From contig DASCPX010000107.1 in the NCBI GenBank assembly GCA_036012755.1, positions 23,828 to 87,827 of the forward strand: a stretch of DNA of 64,000 nucleotides, given 5' to 3'. The notes under the pieces were generated by a model. It did no database searches. It was not told the origin of the DNA and worked only from the letters and a program-made list of their open reading frames with translations. Positions 21,213-30,092 of the stretch are shown one piece after another. Position numbers and translations under genes: made by a program. How positions within the stretch are numbered: position 1 is the first letter of the stretch; each line of letters begins with the position of its first letter. This stretch comes from Myxococcota bacterium (GTDB lineage Bacteria; Myxococcota_A; UBA796; CAJQPC01).

Positions 21213-21304
21213 GAGCGCCTCTAACTGGCAGTCGCTACGACCGAAGAGTCCTGGTGGGACCTCGCTCGTCGCTCCGGTTATGGGTGCCGCTTCAGAGGTC
21301 GCCT

Positions 21305-23179
21305 GTGCGTGAGCCGCTCGACATCCTCGCCCGCTATGGAGCAGCTCGGAGCGCCGTCATGGTGTCCGGAACCGAACAGGTGCGCGAAGGGGAGGGTGGA
21401 CGCCTGGGCGCCTCGGTCGAGGCCCACGGCATCGAGCCCCTCGCCGGCCTGCTCTGGTCGATGGCCGAGCTCGAGGCGCTGGAGCTCGTCGACGCCGACG
21501 TGACGCTGCGGCTGGTGCGCAACGGCGTGGGCGCCGCGCTGTCGGTGGCCTGGGCCTCCGGCGAGGTCTTCGAGGAGACCGTCGACCTCGCGCCGCATCC
21601 AGGCCTGGACGAGGGCCGGCCGAGCTTCCTCCCGGACTCCGGGAGCCGCATCCACGACGTCGCCGCGGCGCTGTCGGACCCGAGTCGGTCGCTGTTCGTG
21701 GTCGAGGGGGGCGAGGGCCTTCGCTGGTACGGCGCCGGCCACTTTGGCAGCGGCGGCGGCGCCCTGCCGCTGGTGGCCCAGGCCGGGCCCTGTCAGCCCC
21801 TGGGTCCGGCGAGCTTCCGGCGGCGCCACGGCCTGCGCGCCAACTACCTCGGGGGCGCGATGGCGGGAGCCATCAGCTCGGCCGCGATGGTCCAGGCCAT
21901 GGGCGAGAGCGGGATGCTCTGCTTCTTCGGCGCCGGCGGCCTGCCGCTGCCAGAGGTCGAGAAGAACCTCATCGACATCAAGGCAGTGCTCGGGGACAGG
22001 CCAGCTGGCTTCAACCTCCTCCACAACCCCGTGGAGCCGGCGATCGAGGACAGGACGGTCGAGCTCTTCCTGGAGCACGGCTGCACCTACGTGAGCGCCA
22101 GCGCCTTCATGGGGCTGACGCCGGCGATCACGCGCTACCGCTACACGGGCATCCACCTCGACGACAGCGGCGCCATCGTGTGTCCGAACCGCGTCTTCGC
22201 CAAGGTCTCCCGGACAGAGGTCGCCGAGCACTTCCTGCGCCCTGCCCCTACCACTCTCCTGGCGGAGATCGTGGCCGCCGGCGGACTCACGGAGAGCGAG
22301 GCGGAGCTGGCCTCGCACCATCCGATGGCGGACGCCATCACGGCAGAGGCGGACAGCGGGGGGCACACCGATCGACGTCCTCTGCCGGTGCTGTTGCCGC
22401 TGATCCTGCGCCAGCGGGACCGGGTCTCCAGGGAGCTCGCCTACGCGGAGCGGGGGATCGAGGTCTTCGTCGGGGCGGCGGGCGGCCTCGGCTCGCCGGA
22501 GTCGATCGTGGCGGCCTTCGCCATGGGCGCCGACTTCGTGCTCACGGGCTCGGTGAACCAGGCAACGACCGAGGCGGGCACCTCGGCCAGCGCCAAGGCG
22601 ATGCTCCTCGAGGCGGGCATGGCGGACGTGGGCCTCGGCCCGGCGCCGGACATGTTCGAGCTCGGGGCGCACGTCCAGGTGCTGTCCAGAGGCACGATGT
22701 TCGCCAACCGCGGGACGCAGCTCTACGCGGTCTACAAGGAGCACGCGGACTGGGACCTCGTCCCGGAGAAGACGCGGAAGAAGATCGAGAAGCAGATCCT
22801 CGGTCGCCCCTTCGCCGATGTCTGGTCGGACTGCGTCGACTACTGGTCCGAGCGGGACATCGGCCAGATCGAGCGCGCCGAGGCGGTGGGCCGGCACAAG
22901 ATGGCGCTCGTCTTCCGCTGGTACCTGGGAATGTCGAGCCGCTGGGCTCGCATCGGAGACACCAAGCGCAAGCGGGACTACCAGATCTGGTGTGGCCCGG
23001 CGATGGGTGCTTTCAACGACTGGGTCGCGGGGACGACCCTGGAGCCGCTCGAGGCCCGCGGCGTCGTGCGGGTCGCCGACGCCCTGCTCGAGGCCGCGGC
23101 GGTCCTCGCCCGGGCCCGACGGCTGGAGGCTCGTGGCGTCCCGATTCCGGCCGAGGCGTGGCAGGTCTCGCCCTCCTAG
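21305..23179 (+). CDS. pfaD: PfaD-family trans-acting enoyl reductase with N-terminal extension
   Basis: GAMAGAISS, AKVSRTEVA, AEADSGGHTD, GAAGGLG, VLTGSVNQ, DMFELGAHVQVL and DYQIWCGPAMGAFNDWV motifs. Confidence 0.88.
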   Translation: MREPLDILARYGAARSAVMVSGTEQVREGEGGRLGASVEAHGIEPLAGLLWSMAELEALELVDADVTLRLVRNGVGAALSVAWASGEVFEETVDLAPHPGLDEGRPSFLPDSGSRIHDVAAALSDPSRSLFVVEGGEGLRWYGAGHFGSGGGALPLVAQAGPCQPLGPASFRRRHGLRANYLGGAMAGAISSAAMVQAMGESGMLCFFGAGGLPLPEVEKNLIDIKAVLGDRPAGFNLLHNPVEPAIEDRTVELFLEHGCTYVSASAFMGLTPAITRYRYTGIHLDDSGAIVCPNRVFAKVSRTEVAEHFLRPAPTTLLAEIVAAGGLTESEAELASHHPMADAITAEADSGGHTDRRPLPVLLPLILRQRDRVSRELAYAERGIEVFVGAAGGLGSPESIVAAFAMGADFVLTGSVNQATTEAGTSASAKAMLLEAGMADVGLGPAPDMFELGAHVQVLSRGTMFANRGTQLYAVYKEHADWDLVPEKTRKKIEKQILGRPFADVWSDCVDYWSERDIGQIERAEAVGRHKMALVFRWYLGMSSRWARIGDTKRKRDYQIWCGPAMGAFNDWVAGTTLEPLEARGVVRVADALLEAAAVLARARRLEARGVPIPAEAWQVSPS

Positions 23180-24003
23180 TCGCCTGCGGCGGGCCCTCCG
23201 ACACCAGCTTGCACGCCGCGGTGCTCGCCGCGGACCTGGAGTCGGTCGAGGTCGCCGACTGCGGCACCATCCGTCACGAGGAGCTCCGTGGGGAGTGCCA
23301 GCTCTATGCTGCCTTCACGGTGGGCTCCCGGCGGGGCGAGGAGCTGGGACCCCGCTGCGACGCGGTCGACGAGGGGGTCTGGCGCGACGAGTGCTACTTC
23401 CTCGCTGCAGAGGACCTTCGGCGGCGCCAGCGGGACTTCGCGGCCGCCGGAGCCCTGTGCGCCAGGTCGAGTCGTTTCGTCGACGACTGCGGCCAGCACC
23501 TCTGGCAGTCCCCGGTCAAGGTCATCGTCGACCGGCACCTCGCCACGGGCGACCTCGAGTCCGCGCTGGCGGAGGCCACGCCGGTCTACTGCGAATGGGA
23601 GACCATCCTGGGCGAGGACAGCGACATCGCCAGCCGCTTCTGGCGCAAGCTCTTCGGGGGCTTCTTCGAGCACACGCGGGTCCTCGATACGGAGCGCTGT
23701 GCCCCCCTCGACGACGTGGCGGAGGCCCACTGCCGCGCTGCGGTCGCGCAGGTCTACCTGCGGCGTCTCCACATGCTGAGCGTCGCGGAGCCGGACCTGC
23801 TCTGCAAGAGCACGGCTTCGAACAAGCCCTCCGTCGAGGCGCTCCGGCGGCTGCCCAACCTCCAGGCCGAGCCCGACCCCCTGTTGCAGTCGCTGCTGGA
23901 GGAGCAACACCGCTGGGCCTGCGAGCTCGGCGAGGGCGGCCTGCCCCCGATGGGCGCCGAGCTGTTGGAGGTAGAGGGCACACCCGTGGACTGCTCGGGC
24001 TAG
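23158..24003 (+). CDS. Cys-rich helical-repeat lipoprotein
   Basis: GTG start overlapping the pfaD end; LALLVAC lipobox; repeated C-x8/9-C units (C...RGEC, C...RDECYF, C...DDC, C...AHC). Confidence 0.7.
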   Translation: MAGLALLVACGGPSDTSLHAAVLAADLESVEVADCGTIRHEELRGECQLYAAFTVGSRRGEELGPRCDAVDEGVWRDECYFLAAEDLRRRQRDFAAAGALCARSSRFVDDCGQHLWQSPVKVIVDRHLATGDLESALAEATPVYCEWETILGEDSDIASRFWRKLFGGFFEHTRVLDTERCAPLDDVAEAHCRAAVAQVYLRRLHMLSVAEPDLLCKSTASNKPSVEALRRLPNLQAEPDPLLQSLLEEQHRWACELGEGGLPPMGAELLEVEGTPVDCSG

Positions 24004-24012
24004 GATCGTGGC

Positions 24013-24237
24013 GTGCTCGCCCTCCTCCTGACCGCCTGCGGCAACCCATGCATGGACCTCTGCCAGCGGCACGAGGTCTACCTGGACGAGTGCGGCTATG
24101 GCTGGTCGACGGTCTTCGCCGAGGAGGGCTGGGCTTCGATCGAGGACTGCTACGAGGACCAGGCCGAGGCCTCTGACGAGGAGCGGGACGCCTGCGCCGA
24201 GGAGCTCTCCGAGCCAGAGCAGCGGAGCTGCTATTGA
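24013..24237 (+). CDS. Small Cys-rich acidic lipoprotein
   Basis: MLALLLTAC lipobox; six further Cys in 74 aa; overlaps the next start. Confidence 0.7.
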   Translation: MLALLLTACGNPCMDLCQRHEVYLDECGYGWSTVFAEEGWASIEDCYEDQAEASDEERDACAEELSEPEQRSCY

Positions 24238-25187
24238 TCCACTTCGCCCCAGGCCGCGCCTGCCTCCTCGGCGAGCACTGCGACTGGGCCGGGGGCGTCG
24301 ACGCCGCCTGCCTCGTCGTGCCCCTGAAGGTCGGCATAGAGGTCACGGTGCGTCGCGCCGATTGGGGGCTCGTGGTCCACAGCGCCTACGGGGTGACGCG
24401 CATGGGGGCGGACATGCGCTGCGTCGCAGAGGACCCGAACCGCTACGTCGCCGCGGTGGCGAGGGAGCTGCTCCGCCAGGGGTTGTCCCTCCCTCCAGCC
24501 CGTGTCGTCGTGCGCTCCACGCTGCTTGCGGGGCGCGGGTTCTCGTCCTCGGCCGCCGTCTGTGTCGCCGCCGCCCGCGCCCTGGCGGCTCACGCCGGGG
24601 TCGAGGTGGACGCCGCGGGCGTCGCCTACCGCGCCGAGCGCAGGGATCTCGGCGTCAACTGCGGCGAGATGGACCAGCTGGCCAGCGCAGCCGGGGCGCC
24701 ACTGTTCATCGACTGGGGGCCGCCCCGCGCCGAGCGCCGCCTGAGACCGGGCCTCTCGATCCCGCTGTTGGTCGCCGCCTTCCCCGACGAGATCTCCGCG
24801 GCACCGATCCTGGCGGCCCTGGCCGAGGCTCGCCCCAGCGCGGCCTTCGCAGCCTGGGGCGCCGGGGCTCGACGCGCCGCCGTGGCGCTGGAGGCTGGGG
24901 ACCTCGTCGCCCTCGGGGCCGAGCTCGACGCGGCCCAGGCGGTCTACGAGTCACTGGAGCTGCCGGCGCTCCAAGCTCCGAAGCTCGGTGAGACCTGCGA
25001 TGCGCTCAGAGCGCTGGGCGCCCTCGGCGCCAAGTTCTCCGGTGCAGGTGGGGACCGCAGCCTGGTCGCCGTGTTCGAGGACGATGGGGGCCTGGCTCGT
25101 GGGCGCGTCCTGCTGGAGGAGCGGGGGCTGATCGTGCTCGACGCGTCGCTCGCTCAGAGCTCGTCGACCACGCCCACGTCCATGTAG
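24234..25187 (+). CDS. GHMP kinase (galactokinase-like)
   Basis: PGRACLLGEHCD, GRGFSSSAA, NCGEMDQ and GAKFSGAGG motifs. Confidence 0.85.
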   Translation: MIHFAPGRACLLGEHCDWAGGVDAACLVVPLKVGIEVTVRRADWGLVVHSAYGVTRMGADMRCVAEDPNRYVAAVARELLRQGLSLPPARVVVRSTLLAGRGFSSSAAVCVAAARALAAHAGVEVDAAGVAYRAERRDLGVNCGEMDQLASAAGAPLFIDWGPPRAERRLRPGLSIPLLVAAFPDEISAAPILAALAEARPSAAFAAWGAGARRAAVALEAGDLVALGAELDAAQAVYESLELPALQAPKLGETCDALRALGALGAKFSGAGGDRSLVAVFEDDGGLARGRVLLEERGLIVLDASLAQSSSTTPTSM

Positions 25188-26062
25188 GGACAGTCCGTCT
25201 CGGAGCCCTCCGCGGGGTTCACGCCCTCTGAGTCCGCCTTGAAGGTGAGGACGCCGTCCTCGCTCCAGCACTGGGTCAACACCAGCCCGGGGTAGGGGTA
25301 GTCGCCGCCCTCGATGGTGCCGTCGGCGCGGCCGGTGCCCGAGCTGTCCCAGCGCGTGATGAGCTCGATGTCCTCGTCCCGCGGGAGCAGCTCGCCAGGG
25401 TTGGCGTCCATGCGCATTGCGAACTGGAGCTCTCCGGAGCCGTCTGCTGGGGCATCGAGCCACATGCGCGTGGACTGGGCCTGCTCGAAGGCCGTCGCGT
25501 AGCCCTGCGAGTCGATCTGGACGATGACACCGCCCTCTTCCATTGCGGCGTAGGCCAGCTCGAGGCTCCCCTCTCCGCCGGCATCGATGGCCTCTGCGAG
25601 GGCGGCCTGGTCCCACTCGAGCTCGACGTCCCAGTCGCCCTCTGCCCAGGTCTCGCCTGTCATGAACTCGGTCCAGGGACCGTCGGACATCTCAGAGGCC
25701 TGGAAGGTCCAGTGATACAGCCCGTGATCGGAGGTGCGGCTCATCTCCAGGCGCAGGAAGCTGCCCGGGTAGACGTCCCAGGCCCCGGGGCCCCAGATGC
25801 GGTAGTCCTCTCCGCGGGTCGATGGCGGCACGGCGCGCACCGTGGCGGTCACGGTGGTGATGAGTCGAGACCAGTCCTGGAGCCCGTCGAGGGTCTGGAC
25901 CGTCGTCTGGAAGTAGCTCGCGTCGTCGGCATCGGGCGTGGGGGATCCCGGGTACTCCACGCCAAGGCCCTCGCCGCCGGGCAGCGCGTCGAGGAAGTCG
26001 GCGTCTTCGAGGAAGATCGCGTTCGACAGCGAGCCCGAGCAGGCCGACAGGAGGAGGATCAC
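25154..26062 (-). CDS. Hypothetical beta-rich lipoprotein (last gene of the ECF/caspase operon)
   Basis: GTGA overlap with the caspase gene stop; MILLLSAC lipobox. Confidence 0.75.
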   Translation of the reverse strand: MILLLSACSGSLSNAIFLEDADFLDALPGGEGLGVEYPGSPTPDADDASYFQTTVQTLDGLQDWSRLITTVTATVRAVPPSTRGEDYRIWGPGAWDVYPGSFLRLEMSRTSDHGLYHWTFQASEMSDGPWTEFMTGETWAEGDWDVELEWDQAALAEAIDAGGEGSLELAYAAMEEGGVIVQIDSQGYATAFEQAQSTRMWLDAPADGSGELQFAMRMDANPGELLPRDEDIELITRWDSSGTGRADGTIEGGDYPYPGLVLTQCWSEDGVLTFKADSEGVNPAEGSETDCPYMDVGVVDEL

Positions 26063-27630
26063 CAACGCATTCCGACGCTGAGCAGGACGTGGCGTGTGAA
26101 GAACGCGGCCTGCTCGTCGCTCAGCTTGTAGGGCACGAGCGAGCTGTGCCACTCGAGCTCGAGCATGAAGCGACCGGGGTGCCAGCCGGCGAACCAGACT
26201 CCGCCCGGAGCGAAAGTGACCAGCGACTGGTCCGGGGTGTCGTCGAAGGGGAAGGAGCGGTTGATGTAGAGCACCTCGCCCCGCACGCCGCCGCCCCACT
26301 GCAGCCCGTACCACTCAGGGCTCTGGTAGCCGGCGGAGACCCCGATCGTGGTCCAGAAGGTGCTGACGTCGATGGCCGTCACCAGCTCTGGCACGGTGAT
26401 CTGGCCCGGTCCCCCTCCCGCGAGCATGTCGAGGCCCCAGAAGCCGCGCTTGCCGCTCCCCCGGTAGCCGAGCCCCGCCATTGGGGCGGGCGGAAGGTAC
26501 TGGGCCGAGATCTTGGGGGCGGTGGGTCCGCCTACACCCGCGAGGACCTTGATGCTGGTGTCGGGCCGCCGCGCCTGGCGGACACGCTTCTCGACCTCGC
26601 CCTTGGCAGTGTCGTTCTCGTACTCGACCGCCTCGAAGGTCGCGGTGGAGAGGTCGACGACGCCATCCCTGGGCACCTTGACCTCGGCCACGTAGAGGTG
26701 CGTCGGCCGCCTGACCTGGACGAGGTAGCGCCCGGGTCGCACGGCCAGCTTGCGGTCGCCGTCGCCCGCGGTGACCTCGCCGACGAAGGTGCTGCGTCCG
26801 AGGTCGAAGACGGCGAAGGTGCCGATGAGGTGGGACGGGAAGAGCAGCCCGGAGGCGGCTGGCTCGAGATCGGCGAGGATCACGTCGCCCTCGCCGGAGA
26901 GGTCCCACTCGAAGGTCGGGTGCTGAGTGCCCAGGGCCGACTGCGCCGTCCCGATGATGGTCTGGATGTAGACGTAGTCGTAGACCTCGGACAGCGTCAC
27001 GCGCTGGTCGTAGTCCTCGTCCGCGGCGCCCGCGAGCCCGCTGACGAGGTAGTGCGTGAAGTAGGACCCGCCGATCTCGTCGGACTCTTGCGAGGCCTCG
27101 TCGGAGGAGGACGAGGTGACGATGACCGTGCCCTCTGCGGCGAGGCGTTCCGTCACGTCGAAGACGAAGCTCGGCGCCATCGTGCCCCCCTTGCGACGGG
27201 TCGCGGTGCCGCTCTGGCAGGCGTCGAGGAAGGCCATGCGGACGTCGGCGCCGCTGCGCTCCAGCAGCGTGTCGAGCTCGTCGTAGCCGAGCACCGTCGG
27301 TCCCAGCTGCAGGCCGTCGTCGGTGGCGTGGCCCGAGTAGTAGAAGAAGAGCACGACGTCGTCGCCGCTTGCCTTTGCGTCCGCGATGTCCCGCTTGATC
27401 GCGCCGAAGTCGGTGAGCATCTGGCTCTTGCGGAGACCCAGCGCCAGCTTGACGTCGTCTTCGGCGTAGCCCCCGACGTCGATGAGCACGTCGGCGACCT
27501 TCTCCGCGTCGTTCTCGGCGAAGTACAGCGGCGACGAGGTCGTGGCGCCCTCGTTGTTGCCGACGAGGAAGGCCATTCGGACGACGGCCGCCTCGGCGCT
27601 CCCGGACAGCGCTAGCAACAAGGCGATCAT
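26059..27630 (-). CDS. Exported caspase-like (peptidase C14) protein with C-terminal putative beta-barrel
   Basis: Signal peptide; VGNNEG, YYSGHA (His), DACQSG (Cys), SQESDEIGGSYFTH and VTLSEVYDY; amphipathic beta strands ending in Trp. Confidence 0.88.
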   Translation of the reverse strand: MIALLLALSGSAEAAVVRMAFLVGNNEGATTSSPLYFAENDAEKVADVLIDVGGYAEDDVKLALGLRKSQMLTDFGAIKRDIADAKASGDDVVLFFYYSGHATDDGLQLGPTVLGYDELDTLLERSGADVRMAFLDACQSGTATRRKGGTMAPSFVFDVTERLAAEGTVIVTSSSSDEASQESDEIGGSYFTHYLVSGLAGAADEDYDQRVTLSEVYDYVYIQTIIGTAQSALGTQHPTFEWDLSGEGDVILADLEPAASGLLFPSHLIGTFAVFDLGRSTFVGEVTAGDGDRKLAVRPGRYLVQVRRPTHLYVAEVKVPRDGVVDLSTATFEAVEYENDTAKGEVEKRVRQARRPDTSIKVLAGVGGPTAPKISAQYLPPAPMAGLGYRGSGKRGFWGLDMLAGGGPGQITVPELVTAIDVSTFWTTIGVSAGYQSPEWYGLQWGGGVRGEVLYINRSFPFDDTPDQSLVTFAPGGVWFAGWHPGRFMLELEWHSSLVPYKLSDEQAAFFTRHVLLSVGMRW

Positions 27631-28358
27631 GGGGCCTTCTCGACGCGGATGGTGTCGACGCCCGGCAGGTCCTTGAGGTCTCCGACGGCGTCGTGGCTGC
27701 CGGTGGCGTAGGCCTCTTCGACAAGCTCGGCGGCCTCTTCGACGCTGCCGGAGCCGAAGACGGCCACGAAGACCTCTGGTCCGCTGGCTCCGTCGAGCTG
27801 GATCGAGCGCTCCAGGAAGTGCCGCTCGCCCGGGATGATGGGGTGGGGGACGTCGCCCTCGCCGGGGTAGTAGACCGACAGCACGCCGTCACCGTCGATG
27901 CTGAGCAGCACGAGGTCGGACAGTCCCGGGGCGTAGTAGCTGAACTGGAGTCGGTCTCCCTCGGACAGCAGGGCGCCCTCGGTGCCCGGCCGCAGCTCGC
28001 CGTCGACGAGGACCACGAAGTCGAGGTCCGGATCTCCCTTCACGCCGGCGTAGTCCCGCGGGATGACGAAGATGAGGACCGCCAGCGCAGCCGCCAGGGT
28101 CGGCACCAGCCACCAGGCCCTCCACCAGGGGCGGCGGGCCTCTTCCCGAGGGCTCTCCATGCGCGGCTCTTCGGCCATGCGCGCGGCGGCCTTCGAGAGG
28201 ATCTCGAAGTCGAATGGCTCCAGCGCGACAGCGGAGAGGGCGACCGCCTCGGCGAAAGCCCGCTCGGCCTCGATGCCCTGGGCGGGGAGCTCCCCCACCA
28301 TCCGGCGCGCCAGCTCCAGCTGCGAGGGGCGGCTGCCGTCGTTGACGTCGAAGATCAC
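27627..28358 (-). CDS. Single-pass anti-sigma-like protein with DUF4384-like periplasmic domain
   Basis: Follows the ECF sigma; TM helix after RRPWWRAWW; 'KG...L..GDRLQFSY...LLSIDGDGVLSVYYP...SIQLDG' pattern. Confidence 0.75.
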   Translation of the reverse strand: MIFDVNDGSRPSQLELARRMVGELPAQGIEAERAFAEAVALSAVALEPFDFEILSKAAARMAEEPRMESPREEARRPWWRAWWLVPTLAAALAVLIFVIPRDYAGVKGDPDLDFVVLVDGELRPGTEGALLSEGDRLQFSYYAPGLSDLVLLSIDGDGVLSVYYPGEGDVPHPIIPGERHFLERSIQLDGASGPEVFVAVFGSGSVEEAAELVEEAYATGSHDAVGDLKDLPGVDTIRVEKAP

Positions 28359-28900
28359 AACAGCACCACGAGCAACAGGGCCAGGGCGCCAGCGGGGAGC
28401 GTGCCCTCCTCCATGCGCTTGCGGGCCTTCTTCAGGAAGAGGTTGAGCCGCTTGCGCAGGGTGGGGACGGAGATGCCGACGAGCTCCGCGGCCTGCTCGC
28501 GCGTCATCTCGTCGAAGAAGAGGTAGGTCACGATCTGCCGGGTCTCGTCATCGCAGTCGGCGAGCAGCGCGCGGATCGTCTCCGAGACCTCCCACCGCCC
28601 GGCCTCGGGCCTGGTGAAGCCCTCTCCGACGATGGCGTCCTTGTGCTGGACGCGCTTCTGCTCTCGACCGGTCCGGTTCCGGATCTGGTTGAGGCAGTGG
28701 TTGGTGGAGATCCGGTACATCCAGGTCAGCGGTGAAGAGTGTCCGCGGAACTCGTCCCACTTGTTGATGACCTTGGCGAAGGTCTCCTGCACCGCGTCGT
28801 TGGCGTCCTCGTCGTTTCGGAGGATCTGACGGCAGCGATGAAAGAGGACCGGCCCATAGCGCTCGTAGAGCTCCCTGATTTCGCCTTCGGTGGCCGTCAA
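28355..28900 (-). CDS. ECF RNA polymerase sigma factor
   Basis: ELYERYG, DAVQETF, TWMYRISTNHCLN (region 2) and MTREQAAELVGISVPTLRKRL (region 4 HTH). Confidence 0.93.
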   Translation of the reverse strand: MTATEGEIRELYERYGPVLFHRCRQILRNDEDANDAVQETFAKVINKWDEFRGHSSPLTWMYRISTNHCLNQIRNRTGREQKRVQHKDAIVGEGFTRPEAGRWEVSETIRALLADCDDETRQIVTYLFFDEMTREQAAELVGISVPTLRKRLNLFLKKARKRMEEGTLPAGALALLLVVLL

Positions 28901-28949
28901 CTGAGTTCCGTCCCTTGGACCCCCCAGCTCAGGGGGATCGAAAAGGATC

Positions 28950-29525
28950 TTAGGATCTCTGCGGCGGGCCTGATCTGCTGGAGAGCCCGAGGGAGGAGAT
29001 GAAGATCTCCTCCTCGGCATCGGCCGAGGCCTTGAAGTCGACCCTGACGTGGTCGCGGCCTTCCATGTTCGGGGCGGGCGACTCGGGGATCCCCAGGTCC
29101 TCCAGCACGTCCCTGAAGCTGGGATCGTCGGGGTAGACCCAGACCATGCCGAGCTCGTCGAGCACGAGCTGCTCCTGCATCGCGCCTCGCAGCCAGAGCT
29201 GGTGGCGCGCGTCCCGGTACAGCAAGGTGGCGCAGCGCTGGAGCGCCGAGCGCAGCGCGTGCTCCGGGACGTCGAGGGCGAGCAGGCGGTGGGGCTCTTC
29301 GAGCTGTCTGTTGGCCTGCCGGTCGACGAGCCGCACGTAGAGCACGGACACGGGCTTGGACAGGGCGGCGAGAAGAGCCGCGTGCGTCTGGGCGAGGCGG
29401 TCCGGCGGCACGCTGATGGCCAGGCGGGTGGCGCCGCTGGGGTCCACCTCGCCGCGGTAGGCGAGCGGCGGCTCGAAGCCATCGAGCTCGCCTGTCGCGG
29501 TGACCGAGGTGGCCTTCGGCGTCAC
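28950..29525 (-). CDS. Hypothetical protein
   Basis: GTGA overlap with the upstream gene; strong GC3 bias. Confidence 0.65.
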   Translation of the reverse strand: MTPKATSVTATGELDGFEPPLAYRGEVDPSGATRLAISVPPDRLAQTHAALLAALSKPVSVLYVRLVDRQANRQLEEPHRLLALDVPEHALRSALQRCATLLYRDARHQLWLRGAMQEQLVLDELGMVWVYPDDPSFRDVLEDLGIPESPAPNMEGRDHVRVDFKASADAEEEIFISSLGLSSRSGPPQRS

Positions 29526-30073
29526 AGCTCCTCCAGCTCGCCGAGCCCCCAGCGGGCGTGCCCCGACCAGCGGTCGTCGGGGCTGGCGAGGACCGAAGTG
29601 TAGGCAGCCGTCGCCTGGGTGATCAGGGGCTCGGCGGCCTCCTCCAACAACACGGTCGCGTCGGCCCCGGGCACCGGATCCCGGGTCTCGAGGACCGCCG
29701 TGGCCGCGAGTCGCAGGGCATCCGCCGTACGGCAGGCTGCGATGTCGCCGAGGTCGTGCTGGGAGGCAGCGGTCCCGAACAGCTCCAGCGCCCGCTCCGA
29801 CTCCCCGACGAGGTCCATCGCGCGCTTCTTCGAGGTGGCCGGGTCCGTCGCGGCGGGCCAGCGGTCCATTCCGAGCACGATCTCCTCTCCGGCGACCAGG
29901 GACTTCTCGGCCTCTGTGCTCGCGAGCTCGAAGGGCAGGGCGGCGCCGTAGGGGATCGGGTTGCCAGCGACGGTCGGCATGAGGATGGGGACCTGTGGCA
30001 CGTCCCGCTCGACGGCGACCGAGCCGACCGGAGGCTGCTTCGGCCCGCAGGCTATGAGGAGGAGCCAGGACAC
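29522..30073 (-). CDS. Hypothetical helical lipoprotein
   Basis: MSWLLLIAC lipobox; in-frame stop 4 codons upstream fixes the start. Confidence 0.7.
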   Translation of the reverse strand: MSWLLLIACGPKQPPVGSVAVERDVPQVPILMPTVAGNPIPYGAALPFELASTEAEKSLVAGEEIVLGMDRWPAATDPATSKKRAMDLVGESERALELFGTAASQHDLGDIAACRTADALRLAATAVLETRDPVPGADATVLLEEAAEPLITQATAAYTSVLASPDDRWSGHARWGLGELEEL

Positions 30074-30092
30074 GCCGCCCAGCTAACACCGA

